Source: Clostridia bacterium (GTDB lineage: Bacteria; Bacillota; Clostridia; Monoglobales; Monoglobaceae). Taken from it: a stretch of DNA of 36,449 nt. The position numbers were made by a program, and so were the translations under genes. The notes beneath the pieces were generated by a model that was given only the letters and a program-made list of their open reading frames with translations, searched no databases and had not been told where the DNA came from. Positions 15,610 to 26,068 of the stretch are shown in pieces; position 1 is the stretch's first letter, and the number at the start of each line of letters is the position of its first letter. Location: assembly GCA_045648845.1 (NCBI GenBank), contig JAZROR010000038.1, forward strand, positions 1-36,449, in the 5' to 3' direction.

Positions 15610-17544
15610 ATGGGACTTACACTTGCACAAAAGATTATTAAAAATCACCTTGTTTCAGGGGAAATGATTGTCGGTCAGGAAATAGGAATCAAAATTGATC
15701 AGACTCTCACTCAGGACGCCACAGGAACAATGGCATATCTTGAATTTGAAGCCATGGGCGTTCCCAGAGTAAAAACCGAAAAGTCGGTTGCATACATTGA
15801 CCACAACACCCTGCAAAGCGGTTTTGAAAATGCAGATGACCATCGTTTTATCGGTAGCGTCTGCAAAAAACATGGTATATACTTTTCACGTCCGGGAAAC
15901 GGAATTTGTCATCAGGTTCATCTTGAACGTTTTGGCAAGCCCGGAAAGACCCTTATAGGCTCTGACAGCCATACTCCCACTGGTGGCGGTATCGGTATGC
16001 TTGCAATCGGTGCCGGCGGTATGGACGTCGCTGTTGCCATGGGCGGAGGAACATATTATATAACCTGTCCTAAGATTGTAAAAGTAAACCTCACAGGAAA
16101 GCTTTCCCCTTGGGTTGCTGCAAAAGATGTAATCCTTGAAGTTTTAAAACGCCTTTCAGTAAAGGGCGGTGTTGGAAAGATAATTGAATACACCGGTGAG
16201 GGTGTTAAAACTCTTTCTGTTCCCGAACGTGCCACAATCACAAATATGGGTGCAGAACTTGGTGCTACCACCTCTATCTTCCCCTCAGACGAAATCACTC
16301 TTGAATTTTTGAAAGCTCAGCAAAGAGAAGAAGACTTCACTCCCCTTTCAGCAGACAGCGATGCTGTATATGACGAAGTGGTTGAAATCAACCTCAGTGA
16401 GCTTGTCTCTCTTGCAGCATGTCCTCATTCACCTGATAATGTAAAATCTGTTGCAGAAATCGGCGAAATGAAAATTGACCAGGTCTGCATCGGCTCTTGC
16501 ACAAACTCTTCGCTCCTTGATATGTTGAAAGTTGCATACATCCTTAAAGGAAAAACTGTGCACCCCGACGTTTCGCTTTCTATTGCACCGGGCTCGAAAC
16601 AGGTTCTCAATATGCTTGCTGATTGCGGTGCCCTTTCTGATATGATTGATGCCGGTGCAAGAATCCTTGAAAGTGCCTGCGGACCTTGTATCGGTATGGG
16701 ACAATCCCCCAACTCCGGCGGAATTTCACTGAGAACCTTCAACCGCAACTTTGAGGGTCGAAGCGGCACAAAAGACGGACAGATTTATCTTGTTTCACCT
16801 GAACTTGCAGCTGCTTCTGCTATTTCTGGTGTTCTCACCGACCCACGCACTTTGGGTGATATGCCAAAATTTGAAATCCCCGAAATATTCACTATAAACG
16901 ATAATATGGTTGTTCCACCTGCCTCTGAAGAAGAGATGGACAGTGTTGAGGTGCTTCGTGGACCTAACATAAAGCCATTCCCTGTATCCGATGCAATGAG
17001 CGACGAAATCACAGCAAAATGCAGTCTCAAGGTTGGCGATAACATCACAACAGACCACATCATGCCGGCAGGTGCAAAAATCCTTCCTCTTCGTTCAAAT
17101 ATTCCGAAGATTTCAGAGCACTGCTTCACAGTTTGCGACGAAAAGTTCCCGAGCCGTGCTCTTGAACTTGGAAAGAGCATAATCGTCGGCGGTCTCAACT
17201 ATGGACAAGGCTCATCCCGTGAACATGCGGCTCTTGCCCCTCTTTATCTTGGTGTCAAGGCTGTAATCGTGAAATCTTTTGCCAGAATTCATATGGCAAA
17301 CCTCATAAACGCAGGCATTCTCCCCCTTACCTTCTTGGACGAGGCTGATTATGACCGAATTGACCAGATGGACGAGCTTAAACTGTGCGACCTTGAAAAT
17401 ATAATCACAAATGAAAACGAGCTTACCGTCACAAACATTTCAAAAGGCTTTGACTTCAAAGTAAAAGTTGATTTGTCAGAACGTCAGCGTGCTATGATTA
17501 AGGCAGGCGGATTGCTTAACTACACAAGAGAATCTTCAAAGTAA
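15610..17544 (+). CDS. acn: Aconitate hydratase (about 640-aa short bacterial type)
   Basis: Aconitase family motifs are present ([34 protein letters not shown], and a swivel domain with GSSREHAA). Start set at [10 protein letters not shown] (ATG 15610, GGAGG SD). Confidence 0.9.
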   Translation: MGLTLAQKIIKNHLVSGEMIVGQEIGIKIDQTLTQDATGTMAYLEFEAMGVPRVKTEKSVAYIDHNTLQSGFENADDHRFIGSVCKKHGIYFSRPGNGICHQVHLERFGKPGKTLIGSDSHTPTGGGIGMLAIGAGGMDVAVAMGGGTYYITCPKIVKVNLTGKLSPWVAAKDVILEVLKRLSVKGGVGKIIEYTGEGVKTLSVPERATITNMGAELGATTSIFPSDEITLEFLKAQQREEDFTPLSADSDAVYDEVVEINLSELVSLAACPHSPDNVKSVAEIGEMKIDQVCIGSCTNSSLLDMLKVAYILKGKTVHPDVSLSIAPGSKQVLNMLADCGALSDMIDAGARILESACGPCIGMGQSPNSGGISLRTFNRNFEGRSGTKDGQIYLVSPELAAASAISGVLTDPRTLGDMPKFEIPEIFTINDNMVVPPASEEEMDSVEVLRGPNIKPFPVSDAMSDEITAKCSLKVGDNITTDHIMPAGAKILPLRSNIPKISEHCFTVCDEKFPSRALELGKSIIVGGLNYGQGSSREHAALAPLYLGVKAVIVKSFARIHMANLINAGILPLTFLDEADYDRIDQMDELKLCDLENIITNENELTVTNISKGFDFKVKVDLSERQRAMIKAGGLLNYTRESSK

Positions 17545-17566
17545 GACAGAGAAAGGAAAATACAAA

Positions 17567-18778
17567 ATGGAAAAAATCAAAATGACCACCCCCCTCGTTG
17601 AGATGGACGGGGATGAAATGACAAGAATTATATGGAAGATGATAAAAGATATTCTTATTCTTCCTTACGTTGACCTTAAGTCTGAGTATTATGACCTTGG
17701 TCTTGAATACAGAAATGAAACTGATGATAAGGTTACATTTGATTCAGCTTATGCCACAAAGAAATATGGCGTTGCTGTTAAATGTGCTACAATCACTCCT
17801 AATGCAGAGCGTGTTAAGGAATATAACCTCAAGGAAATGTGGAAATCACCAAATGGCACAATCCGTGCAATCCTTGATGGAACTGTTTTTCGCGCTCCCA
17901 TCATTGTAAAGGGCATCACACCTTACATTCCTACTTGGACAAAGCCTATCACCATTGCCCGTCACGCATATGGTGATGTTTACAAAAACACCGAAATGCA
18001 GGTTGAAGTAGGCTCAAAATGTGAACTTGTATGCACGGATAAAGACGGAAACGAAATTCGTCAGACAATTCACGAATTTGGTGAAAGCGGCGGTATCATT
18101 CAGGGTCTCCATAACATTGACCAGTCAATCGGAAGTTTTGCACGTTGTTGCTTCAATTACGCCCTTGATACAAAGCAGGATATCTGGTTTGCTACAAAAG
18201 ACACCATTTCAAAAAAATATGACCACAGATTCAAGGATATTTTTAACGAAATTTTTGAAGCTGAATACAAAGAGAAATTTGATGCAGCTGGCATTGAATA
18301 CTTCTACACCCTTATCGACGACGCTGTTGCACGTGTTGTCCGTTCAGAAGGCGGCTACATCTGGGCTTGTAAGAACTATGACGGTGACGTTATGTCAGAT
18401 ATGGTGGCTACAGCCTATGGCAGCCTTGCAATGATGACTTCTGTCTTGGTATCTCCTGACGGAACTTATGAATACGAAGCTGCACACGGCACAGTTCAAC
18501 GTCACTATTACAAGCACCTGAAGGGCGAAGAAACCTCAACAAACAGTGTAGCAACACTTTTTGCATGGACAGGCGCACTTCGCAAAAGAGGTGAACTCGA
18601 CGGACTTTTGGACCTCGTTGACTTTGCCGACAAGCTTGAAAAAGCTACTATCAAAACTATTGAAGACGGTATAATGACAGGAGACCTTTATCTTCTTTCA
18701 AATCTTGAAAACAAGAAAAAAGTTAACACAGAAGAATTTTTACTTGCAGTAGGTAACACATTAAAAGAAATGCTTTAA
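17567..18778 (+). CDS. icd: NADP-dependent isocitrate dehydrogenase, eukaryote-like (subfamily II) homodimeric type
   Basis: 403-aa protein. [22 protein letters not shown] and NYDGDVMSD are characteristic of IDH1/IDH2-like enzymes. Confidence 0.9.
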   Translation: MEKIKMTTPLVEMDGDEMTRIIWKMIKDILILPYVDLKSEYYDLGLEYRNETDDKVTFDSAYATKKYGVAVKCATITPNAERVKEYNLKEMWKSPNGTIRAILDGTVFRAPIIVKGITPYIPTWTKPITIARHAYGDVYKNTEMQVEVGSKCELVCTDKDGNEIRQTIHEFGESGGIIQGLHNIDQSIGSFARCCFNYALDTKQDIWFATKDTISKKYDHRFKDIFNEIFEAEYKEKFDAAGIEYFYTLIDDAVARVVRSEGGYIWACKNYDGDVMSDMVATAYGSLAMMTSVLVSPDGTYEYEAAHGTVQRHYYKHLKGEETSTNSVATLFAWTGALRKRGELDGLLDLVDFADKLEKATIKTIEDGIMTGDLYLLSNLENKKKVNTEEFLLAVGNTLKEML

Positions 18779-18812
18779 TTTCTTATTTATTTGCCAAAAC
18801 GGAGGAAATCTA

Positions 18813-19451
18813 ATGGAAAAGTCTGTATCATCATCGGTTATCAAACGTCTGCCAAGATATTATAGGTATTTGGGCGAGCTTCTTAGTCTCGGAATCGAAC
18901 GTATATCTTCAAAAGAACTTAGCCAGCGTATGGGAATAACCGCTTCACAGATACGTCAGGACCTCAACTGTTTCGGCGGTTTTGGTCAGCAGGGATATGG
19001 TTATAATGTTGAATACCTTTATGGAGAAATTGCAAAAATTTTGGGACTTGATTTCAAATACAAAGCAATACTCGTAGGTGTGGGAAACATAGGTCACGCT
19101 CTTACACAAAATACTAACTTCGAAAAACGCGGTTTCAATCTTGTTGGCATTTTTGATACCGACCCTGAGAAAATCGGTATGAAAATTCAGAACCTTACCG
19201 TTTTGGACTACAAGGAAATCAAAGCATTCATAGAAATAGAGCATCCCACAATGGCTATACTCTCTGTTCCGCGAGCTGTTGCAAATCAGGTTGCATCAGA
19301 GCTTTATAATATGGGAATCAAAGCATTTCTCAACTTTTCCTATGCGGAGCTTGCAAAAAGGGATGACGTGGTGGTTGAAAACATCCACCTTGGCGATAGC
19401 TTAATGCGGCTTTGCTACAAAATTTCCGAAAAAAACATAAACGAGGTTTAA
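18813..19451 (+). CDS. rex: Redox-sensing transcriptional repressor Rex
   Basis: 212-aa protein with an N-terminal winged helix (IKRLPRYYRYL) and a Rossmann domain (GVGNIGHAL). Confidence 0.9.
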   Translation: MEKSVSSSVIKRLPRYYRYLGELLSLGIERISSKELSQRMGITASQIRQDLNCFGGFGQQGYGYNVEYLYGEIAKILGLDFKYKAILVGVGNIGHALTQNTNFEKRGFNLVGIFDTDPEKIGMKIQNLTVLDYKEIKAFIEIEHPTMAILSVPRAVANQVASELYNMGIKAFLNFSYAELAKRDDVVVENIHLGDSLMRLCYKISEKNINEV

Positions 19452-19455
19452 TTCT

Positions 19456-20262
19456 ATGCGTGTTTTCGCCCTTGTTGGCAAGTCAGGCACAGGGAAAAGT
19501 TTTCAGTGCACCGAGCTTGCCCGCGAGCATAATATCGAAGCTATTATTGATGACGGTCTTCTTATTTCGGGAAACAAAATTCTTGCAGGAAAATCTGCCA
19601 AACACGAAAAAACCAAGATGGCATCTGTCAAATCTGCAATTTTTGCCAGTGACAGCCATGCCGAGAGCATAAAATCTGCTATAAAAGAGCACCATGTAAA
19701 ATCAGTTCTTGTTCTTGGCACATCTGACCGTATGATTTTTGAAATCGCGTCCCGTCTTGAGCTTCCATGTCCTGAAAGAATTTTTCAGATTGAAGAGCTG
19801 GCTACTCCTGATGAAATAAACACCGCAAAGATGATGCGTGAAAAACACGGGAAGCACATTATCCCCGCTCCCGTTTTAGAGGTAAAAAAACAGTTTTCGG
19901 GTTATTTTTTAAATTCTCTTATCTTACCCGAAAAACGTGACCTTTCTCTTGAAAAAACGGTTATGCGCCCTACCTACAGCTATCTTGGGAGCTTCAGGAT
20001 TTCGCCAAAAGTTATTGCTGAAATCTGTCGATATGAGCTGTCGCAGATTCCCGAGGTTGTGGAAATTTTCAAAATTCAGAGCTATTCTGACATAAACGGT
20101 TATATTGATATTTCTGTTGAAATTTCTCTTTGTTATCCGTGTAATGTTCCTGATGTTTCAGCTTTGATTCAATCAACTTTAGGTAACGCTGTTGAACACA
20201 GCACCTCTATTATTGCAAAAAACATAAACGTATTTATTAAATCGTTAGTTTCAAAGTCCTAA
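19456..20262 (+). CDS. Uncharacterised fusion protein: N-terminal P-loop NTPase/kinase-like domain plus C-terminal Asp23/Gls24-like domain
   Basis: Walker A GKSGTGKS lies at residues 8-15. The C-terminal ~100 aa (FRISPKVIAEICRYELSQIPEVV...GYIDISVEISLCYPCNVPDVSALIQSTLGNAVEHSTSIIAKNINVFIKSL) follow the Asp23 (alkaline shock protein) pattern. The ATG lies 4 nt after the rex stop, with the GAGG SD inside the rex 3' end. Confidence 0.6.
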   Translation: MRVFALVGKSGTGKSFQCTELAREHNIEAIIDDGLLISGNKILAGKSAKHEKTKMASVKSAIFASDSHAESIKSAIKEHHVKSVLVLGTSDRMIFEIASRLELPCPERIFQIEELATPDEINTAKMMREKHGKHIIPAPVLEVKKQFSGYFLNSLILPEKRDLSLEKTVMRPTYSYLGSFRISPKVIAEICRYELSQIPEVVEIFKIQSYSDINGYIDISVEISLCYPCNVPDVSALIQSTLGNAVEHSTSIIAKNINVFIKSLVSKS

Positions 20263-20280
20263 GAAAGGATTTAAAATTTT

Positions 20281-21120
20281 ATGATAAAGCTTTATAATAT
20301 TGACCACTTAAGTCTTGACGAAACCTTTCTCTGTGGACAGTGCTTTCGTTGGGAAAAAGATGAAAATGGCGTGTTTTGGGGCGTTGTGAAAAATCACGCC
20401 GCAAAAATGTACTATCACGATGAAAACACAATTTATCTTGAAAGTTCAAACCCTGACCTGATTTTTTGGAGCAGATATTTGAGCTTTTCAAGTGATTATA
20501 ACGTAATCGAAGAAACTTTATGGAAAAATGAAATTCTTCGCCCCTCCATTGAAAGAGGTAGGGGAATTAGAATTTTGAAACAAGACCTTTGGGAAACCAT
20601 TGTAACTTTTATAATTTCCGCAAATAACAATATCCCAAGGATAAAGAAAATTGTTTCAGCACTCTGTGAAAACTTTGGTGAAAAAATAGAGTTTGAGAGC
20701 AAAACATTTTTCGGGTTTCCCACTCCTGAAGTTTTAGCAAATCTCAACATTGATGACCTAAAAATTATCCGTGCAGGTTTTCGTGACAAATATATCCTTG
20801 ATGCAGCAAAAAAAGTAGCATCAGGAGAAATTTCTCTCGATGCAATACAAACTATGAATGACAAAGATGCAAAGAAAGAACTCATGAAAATAAATGGTGT
20901 GGGTAGCAAGGTCGCTGACTGCGTTCTTCTTTTCGCCCTTGGCAGATACAAGACCTTTCCTCAGGATGTATGGATAAAACGGATTCTCTCTGACCTTTAC
21001 GGAGTTGAAGAGAAAGACATTACATCCTTTGCCGAAAAAACTTTTGGAAATTTCGGTGGTGTTGCACAGCAATATCTTTATTACTATTACGCAGTAGAAA
21101 AAGCCGATATTGCCATTTGA
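20281..21120 (+). CDS. ogg: 8-oxoguanine DNA glycosylase/AP lyase, OGG1 (clostridial Ogg) type
   Basis: N-terminal GQCFRW, then ISANNNIPRI, and an HhH-GPD region INGVGSKVADCVLLF (catalytic Lys) followed by FPQDVW (catalytic Asp). Confidence 0.85.
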   Translation: MIKLYNIDHLSLDETFLCGQCFRWEKDENGVFWGVVKNHAAKMYYHDENTIYLESSNPDLIFWSRYLSFSSDYNVIEETLWKNEILRPSIERGRGIRILKQDLWETIVTFIISANNNIPRIKKIVSALCENFGEKIEFESKTFFGFPTPEVLANLNIDDLKIIRAGFRDKYILDAAKKVASGEISLDAIQTMNDKDAKKELMKINGVGSKVADCVLLFALGRYKTFPQDVWIKRILSDLYGVEEKDITSFAEKTFGNFGGVAQQYLYYYYAVEKADIAI

Positions 21121-21142
21121 CCCGCTTGAAAGGAATGATTTT

Positions 21143-21712
21143 ATGAAAGTTTCAGAAGCACTGAAAAAACGCCGAACAATTCGAAAATTCAAACAAGACC
21201 CTCTTCCAAAAGAAGATATTCTTGAACTTGTTGAATACGCAAGACTCTGTGCATATCCCGCAAATCTCCAGCCTCTTAAATTTGCAATAATTCAAGACAA
21301 GGGCTTATGTGACAAAGTTTTTCCGAATACAAAGTGGGCAGGATACCTCCCTGACGGAACACCAAAGGAAGATGAGCGCCCTACCGCATATATTGCTGTC
21401 CTTGGCGACAAAACCATCAAGGCTTCTTTCGAAGTGGAAGCGGGTGCTGCAGTTACCTCAATGATGCTTGGTGCCTTTGAAAAAGGTATTGCGAGCTGTT
21501 GGATTGGTGCACTCACCCGAGAACCCATTATGGACATTCTCTCCCTTGACAAAGAGCGTTTTTCTCTTCTCTATATCCTTGCCCTTGGCTATCCAGCTCA
21601 GGAAAGTCAGGCTTGTGAATTTTCAGATAGCATCAAATATTTTGAAGACGAAAATAAAAAAATAAACGTTCCAAAACGTCCATTTGAGGAAATTCTTATT
21701 TTTGAAAAATAA
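21143..21712 (+). CDS. Nitroreductase-family FMN oxidoreductase
   Basis: KKRRTIRKF N-terminal motif and a size (189 aa) typical of NfsB/NfnB-like nitroreductases. Start set at ATG 21143 (AAAGGAA SD). Confidence 0.8.
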   Translation: MKVSEALKKRRTIRKFKQDPLPKEDILELVEYARLCAYPANLQPLKFAIIQDKGLCDKVFPNTKWAGYLPDGTPKEDERPTAYIAVLGDKTIKASFEVEAGAAVTSMMLGAFEKGIASCWIGALTREPIMDILSLDKERFSLLYILALGYPAQESQACEFSDSIKYFEDENKKINVPKRPFEEILIFEK

Positions 21713-21728
21713 TTTTATTGAAGCAAAA

Positions 21729-21762
21729 AACCCTGCAGCACCTAAGGCTGCAAGGTTTTCTT
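21729..21762. terminator. Bidirectional terminator (nitroreductase gene / zinc-ribbon ORF convergent)
   Basis: Stem CCCTGCAGC/GCTGCAaGG is flanked by A6 on the left and TTTTCTTT on the right. The stop codon of the minus-strand ORF sits in the loop. Confidence 0.75.
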
Positions 21763-22161
21763 TATTTCTGAATATTTTTTTAATGTTTCGCCCAGTCTTT
21801 TGTCAAAAGTAACCTTTCTGTCATACCTTTCACCGCAAACACATTCCGCATAAAAGGAATAACTTTTCACCCGACCATCTGTAATCTGAAAAAGCGATCT
21901 TTCGCACTTGCGACAAACATTCACATTAAGGTTTGTCTTTGGCATTTTGTTTACACTTTTGGTAATATCATTTTCATGTCCGCCTTTGATGATTTCAATC
22001 TTCCCATAATTCCCGCAAGTGCAGACAAGCGCAATATTGATATAATTATACCCGCGCTCGTTTATGCTGCCAAGAATTTTTTCGCAAGTTTCACAAAAGA
22101 CCAAACTCCCGTTTGGGTGAAGCGGATATATACCGTTTACTTTACGGACTGTACGCTTCAT
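21742..22161 (-). CDS. Hypothetical Cys-rich protein with two tandem zinc-ribbon-like repeats
   Basis: 139-aa ORF with four Cys pairs arranged as two similar modules (FCETCEKIL...VCTCGNYG and VCRKCERSL...ECVCGERY). Its ATG overlaps the guaB TGA (ATGA, 22158-22161). It occupies the whole gap between guaB and the terminator. Confidence 0.6.
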   Translation of the reverse strand: MKRTVRKVNGIYPLHPNGSLVFCETCEKILGSINERGYNYINIALVCTCGNYGKIEIIKGGHENDITKSVNKMPKTNLNVNVCRKCERSLFQITDGRVKSYSFYAECVCGERYDRKVTFDKRLGETLKKYSEIKKTLQP

Positions 22162-23666
22162 TTTGCAGGACTGACACTCTTTTCTTTAAGAACAACGTCG
22201 TGAGCCCCGCCCTCTACTATACTTGTAGCAGAAACAAGAGTCATCTTCGCATTCTTTTGGAGTTCAGGAATACTGAGAACACCACAGTTACACATTGTTG
22301 ACTTGACCTTGTTGAGAGTGAGTGCAACGTTATCCTTAAGGCTTCCTGCATAAGGAACGTATGAGTCAACACCTTCCTCAAAAGAAAGCTTCTGAGCACC
22401 GCCCATATCATATCTCTGCCAGTTTCTTGCACGTGCAGAACCTTCGCCCCAATATTCTTTCATATAATTTCCATTAACTGAAACCTTGTTTGACGGACTT
22501 TCGTCAAATCTTGCGAAGTATCTGCCAAGCATCACAAAGTCAGAACCCATAGCAAGAGCAAGTGTGATGTGATAATCGTGAACAATTCCGCCATCAGAAC
22601 AGATGGGAATATAAATTCCTGTTTTTTCAAAGTATTCGTCTCTGGCTGCAGCAACCTCCTGAACAGCTGTTGCCTGACCTCTACCTATACCTTTTTGTTC
22701 ACGGGTGATACAGATTGAGCCACCACCAATACCTATTTTTATAAAGTCAGCACCGGCTTCTGCAAGGAACATAAAGCCTTCGCGGTCAACCACGTTTCCT
22801 GCACCAACCTTTACGCTGTCGCCATATTTGTCACGGATGAACTTAAGTGTTCTTGCCTGCCATTCAGAGAAGCCCTCTGAAGAGTCAATACAAAGAACGT
22901 CTGCACCGGCTTCAATGAGTGCTGGAACTCTTTCTTCATAGTCACGTGTATTTATGCCCGCACCAACAACATATCTCTTTGAGCTGTCAAGAAGCTCCAT
23001 TGGATTTTCTTTGTGAGCATCATAGTCCTTTCTGAAAACAAAAGCCACAAGTCTCTGTTTGTCATCAACAATAGGAAGTGAATTGAGCTTGTTGTCCCAG
23101 ATAATATCATTTGCAGCCTTAAGAGTTGTTCCCTCAGGTGCGTATATAAGCTTTGAAAATGGAGTCATAAACTCTTCAATCTTTGTGTTTGGGTCCATAC
23201 GGCTAACACGATAGTCACGTGGTGTAACGATACCCAAAAGCACACCCTCTGCTGTACCGTCTTCAGTAACCGCCACAGTATTGTGACCTGATTTCGCACG
23301 GAGCTCCAAAAGGTCTGCCAATGTCTGGTCAGGTCTTATATTTGAGTCACTTGCCACAAAACCCGCCTTGTGATTTTTGACACGTCTCACCATAGCAGCC
23401 TCATCCTCTATGCTCTGAGAACCATATATAAAGGAAACGCCACCCTCTTTTGCAAGAGCAATAGCCAACTTTTCTCCCGAAACAGACTGCATAATAGCAG
23501 AAACCATCGGAATATTCATAGTTATAGCAGGCTCCTCACCCTTTTTAAACTTAACCAAAGGGGTTTTGAGACTTACATTGCTTGTCATACACTCTGCTGA
23601 AGAATAGCCGGGAACAAGCAAATATTCGCTGAAAGTATGTGAAGGTTCATTAAAATAATATGCCAT
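22158..23666 (-). CDS. guaB: Inosine-5'-monophosphate dehydrogenase
   Basis: IMPDH TIM barrel with an inserted CBS pair, and a catalytic loop [12 protein letters not shown]. Start set at MAYYFNEPS (ATG 23666, AGGAGA SD). Confidence 0.95.
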   Translation of the reverse strand: MAYYFNEPSHTFSEYLLVPGYSSAECMTSNVSLKTPLVKFKKGEEPAITMNIPMVSAIMQSVSGEKLAIALAKEGGVSFIYGSQSIEDEAAMVRRVKNHKAGFVASDSNIRPDQTLADLLELRAKSGHNTVAVTEDGTAEGVLLGIVTPRDYRVSRMDPNTKIEEFMTPFSKLIYAPEGTTLKAANDIIWDNKLNSLPIVDDKQRLVAFVFRKDYDAHKENPMELLDSSKRYVVGAGINTRDYEERVPALIEAGADVLCIDSSEGFSEWQARTLKFIRDKYGDSVKVGAGNVVDREGFMFLAEAGADFIKIGIGGGSICITREQKGIGRGQATAVQEVAAARDEYFEKTGIYIPICSDGGIVHDYHITLALAMGSDFVMLGRYFARFDESPSNKVSVNGNYMKEYWGEGSARARNWQRYDMGGAQKLSFEEGVDSYVPYAGSLKDNVALTLNKVKSTMCNCGVLSIPELQKNAKMTLVSATSIVEGGAHDVVLKEKSVSPAK

Positions 23667-23703
23667 TTTCAAATTCTCCTATCTCTTTATTGTATATCAA
23701 AAC

Positions 23704-23732
23704 ATTATATACCTTTTTCCGCCAAAAATCAA
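23704..23732 (-). promoter_or_regulatory. Candidate sigma-A promoter of guaB
   Basis: Minus strand reads TTGATT (23732..23727), a 17-nt spacer, then TATAAT (23709..23704). Confidence 0.55.
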
Positions 23733-23750
23733 GTACTTATGACATTTAAT

Positions 23751-24926
23751 TTATAAATTCAGTGCCGCATAAACTGCATTTCTCACTCTGTTGTTAATAA
23801 ACGTTGCCTGAGAATTCCGCATATGCTGCGAATAGAATATTGAAAGCTCATTTTCAGGGTCAATAAATGCAATAGATCCGGCCGCACCATCCCAACCAAA
23901 TTCGGATGTTGTTCCAACTGCACCGCCTTTGGCGATATTTGACATTTTTTTCACGCCAAGACCATAGGTATAACCAGCAAATTGTGGCCAATCGAAGCCC
24001 GGAATTCCATAAGGAGTAAGCTGGTCTTCCGCAAGAAGTCTAACCGCACCCTTTGATAAAATTCTCTCGCCGTTCGGGCACTCTCCAAAATGTGCCATTG
24101 CATCCGCAAACTTTGAATAGTCGGGGGCGGAGATCACAAGCCCTGCACCACCACTTTCGTAATTTTCACCAAGCTGATACTCTGCGTCCTTGCCGATATT
24201 TTTCCAACAACCATCACCACTTGGTGCCGGAATCCAAATATCATTTTTATCACATCTTTCATTGTCCACAAACATATACTGCTCTGCAATTTTATCCTTT
24301 ACGCTTTGGGGACGTGTGTAAGAAATATCTGTAACGCCAAGGGGTGCAAAAATATTTTCTTTTACATATTCGCCGAATTTTTTGCCCGAAATAACCTCAA
24401 CAGCCCCAGCCAGAACATCGTGACAAAGGCTGTATGCCCAACGGCTTCCCGGCTGAAAATAAAGAGGTTCTGTCGCAAGACCCTTTATTGCCTCTAAAGT
24501 ATCCATCTTGCCATTTGTCCATTCTTTAGCCCGTCTAAGCCCTTCACTGTTAAGGTCATAGCTAAATCCCGCTGACATTGTGAAAAGGTGACGCATTGTT
24601 ATTGGTTTTTCCGCTTTTACTATCTCGCCGTCTTCATTCTTTACATACATATCCTTAAATTCAGGAATAAAATCATAAAGAGGGTCATCAAGAAGAAAAA
24701 TTCCCCTTTCCAAAAGCTGAAGCGCCGAAACAACCGTAACCACCTTTGAACAGGAATACATATTAAGTGTTTCTTCTCCTGTCATAGGAATCTTGTTTTC
24801 AACGTCAGCATAACCTGCACTATACTTAAAAATTTCCCTTCCGCCTTGCTTCACAACTATTGCCGCACCGGGAATTCTCCAGTTGGTAAATCTGTCAAGC
24901 AATTCTTTGATTAACTCAAATCGCAT
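23751..24926 (-). CDS. Serine hydrolase, beta-lactamase/transpeptidase-like (class C / esterase EstB-type), cytoplasmic
   Basis: S-x-x-K nucleophile motif (YSCSKVV) in the expected N-terminal position, with no signal peptide. Start set at MRFELIKEL (ATG 24926, AGGAGA SD). Confidence 0.75.
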   Translation of the reverse strand: MRFELIKELLDRFTNWRIPGAAIVVKQGGREIFKYSAGYADVENKIPMTGEETLNMYSCSKVVTVVSALQLLERGIFLLDDPLYDFIPEFKDMYVKNEDGEIVKAEKPITMRHLFTMSAGFSYDLNSEGLRRAKEWTNGKMDTLEAIKGLATEPLYFQPGSRWAYSLCHDVLAGAVEVISGKKFGEYVKENIFAPLGVTDISYTRPQSVKDKIAEQYMFVDNERCDKNDIWIPAPSGDGCWKNIGKDAEYQLGENYESGGAGLVISAPDYSKFADAMAHFGECPNGERILSKGAVRLLAEDQLTPYGIPGFDWPQFAGYTYGLGVKKMSNIAKGGAVGTTSEFGWDGAAGSIAFIDPENELSIFYSQHMRNSQATFINNRVRNAVYAALNL

Positions 24927-25018
24927 AAAAATATCTCCTAACTTTTTTCTTAGAAAAACTATTTTTAGATAAATCAAAATCAAGAGCATACGTCAGCCGC
25001 ACACTCTTGAAAAATTAT

Positions 25019-26044
25019 TTATCTCTGAACTCTACCTGAACCATCGCCGCCGGCAAGTTTTTCAACTTCGCTAACAGACACACGGTTATAGTCACCCTCA
25101 ACCGAATGTTTGAGTGCAGATGCTGCAACAGCAAATTCAATAGCATCCTTTGATGATTTTCCGCTGAGAAGCGAATAAATAAGTCCGCCGCCGAATGAGT
25201 CGCCGCCGCCTACACGGTCAACAATGTGAAGGTGATATGACTTTGAGAAATAATATTCTTCGCCGTCATAAAGCATACCTGCCCAGTCATTGTCACTTGC
25301 AGAAATTGATGTACGGAGTGTGATTGCAACCTTTTCAAAGCCAAATTTATCAGCAAGCTGTTTTGCAACACTCTTATATCCCTCATGATTGAGCTTTCCA
25401 CCATAAATATCTGTACCCTCTGCTTCGATACCGAATACATCCTTTGCATCCTCTTCGTTAGAGATACAAACATCCACATACTGACAGAGGTCTGTCATAG
25501 CAGCTCTTGCTTCGTCGCGTGTGCAGAGTTTTCCGCGATAGTTGAGGTCGCAGGAAATTTTCACGCCTTTAGCCTTTGCAGCCTTGCAGGCATCCTTACA
25601 AATTTCAACAACATTTGGTCCAAGTGCTGGTGTGATACCTGTAAAGTGGAACCAATCAGCACCTTCAAAGATTACATCCCAATCAAAGTCAGCTTTGTCA
25701 GCCATCTGGATCGCAGAATACTTTCTGTCATAAATACAAACACTGCCACGCTGTGACGCACCTTTTTCAAGGTAGTAGATACCAACTCTTTCGCCACCGC
25801 GAACAATTTTTGAGGTGTCAACGCCAAAATATCTGAGGCTGTCAACAGCCGCCTGACCAATAGCGTGTTTTGGAAGCTTTGTAACATAGCTTGATTCTAA
25901 GCCATAATTTGCAAGTGATACAGCAACGTTTGCTTCACCGCCGCCGAATGTAGCCTGCATCTGATCATTCTGAAAAAATCTATAATATCCGTTTGGCGCA
26001 AGTCTTAACATAATTTCGCCAAATGTAACAACTTTCTTTGCCAT
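25019..26044 (-). CDS. kdgK: 2-dehydro-3-deoxygluconokinase (PfkB family)
   Basis: 341-aa PfkB kinase (GGGEANVAVSLA, C-terminal GGGDSFGGG) lying next to eda and uxaC. Confidence 0.85.
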   Translation of the reverse strand: MAKKVVTFGEIMLRLAPNGYYRFFQNDQMQATFGGGEANVAVSLANYGLESSYVTKLPKHAIGQAAVDSLRYFGVDTSKIVRGGERVGIYYLEKGASQRGSVCIYDRKYSAIQMADKADFDWDVIFEGADWFHFTGITPALGPNVVEICKDACKAAKAKGVKISCDLNYRGKLCTRDEARAAMTDLCQYVDVCISNEEDAKDVFGIEAEGTDIYGGKLNHEGYKSVAKQLADKFGFEKVAITLRTSISASDNDWAGMLYDGEEYYFSKSYHLHIVDRVGGGDSFGGGLIYSLLSGKSSKDAIEFAVAASALKHSVEGDYNRVSVSEVEKLAGGDGSGRVQR

Positions 26045-26068
26045 TTTAAAATCTCTCCTTTAAAATTC

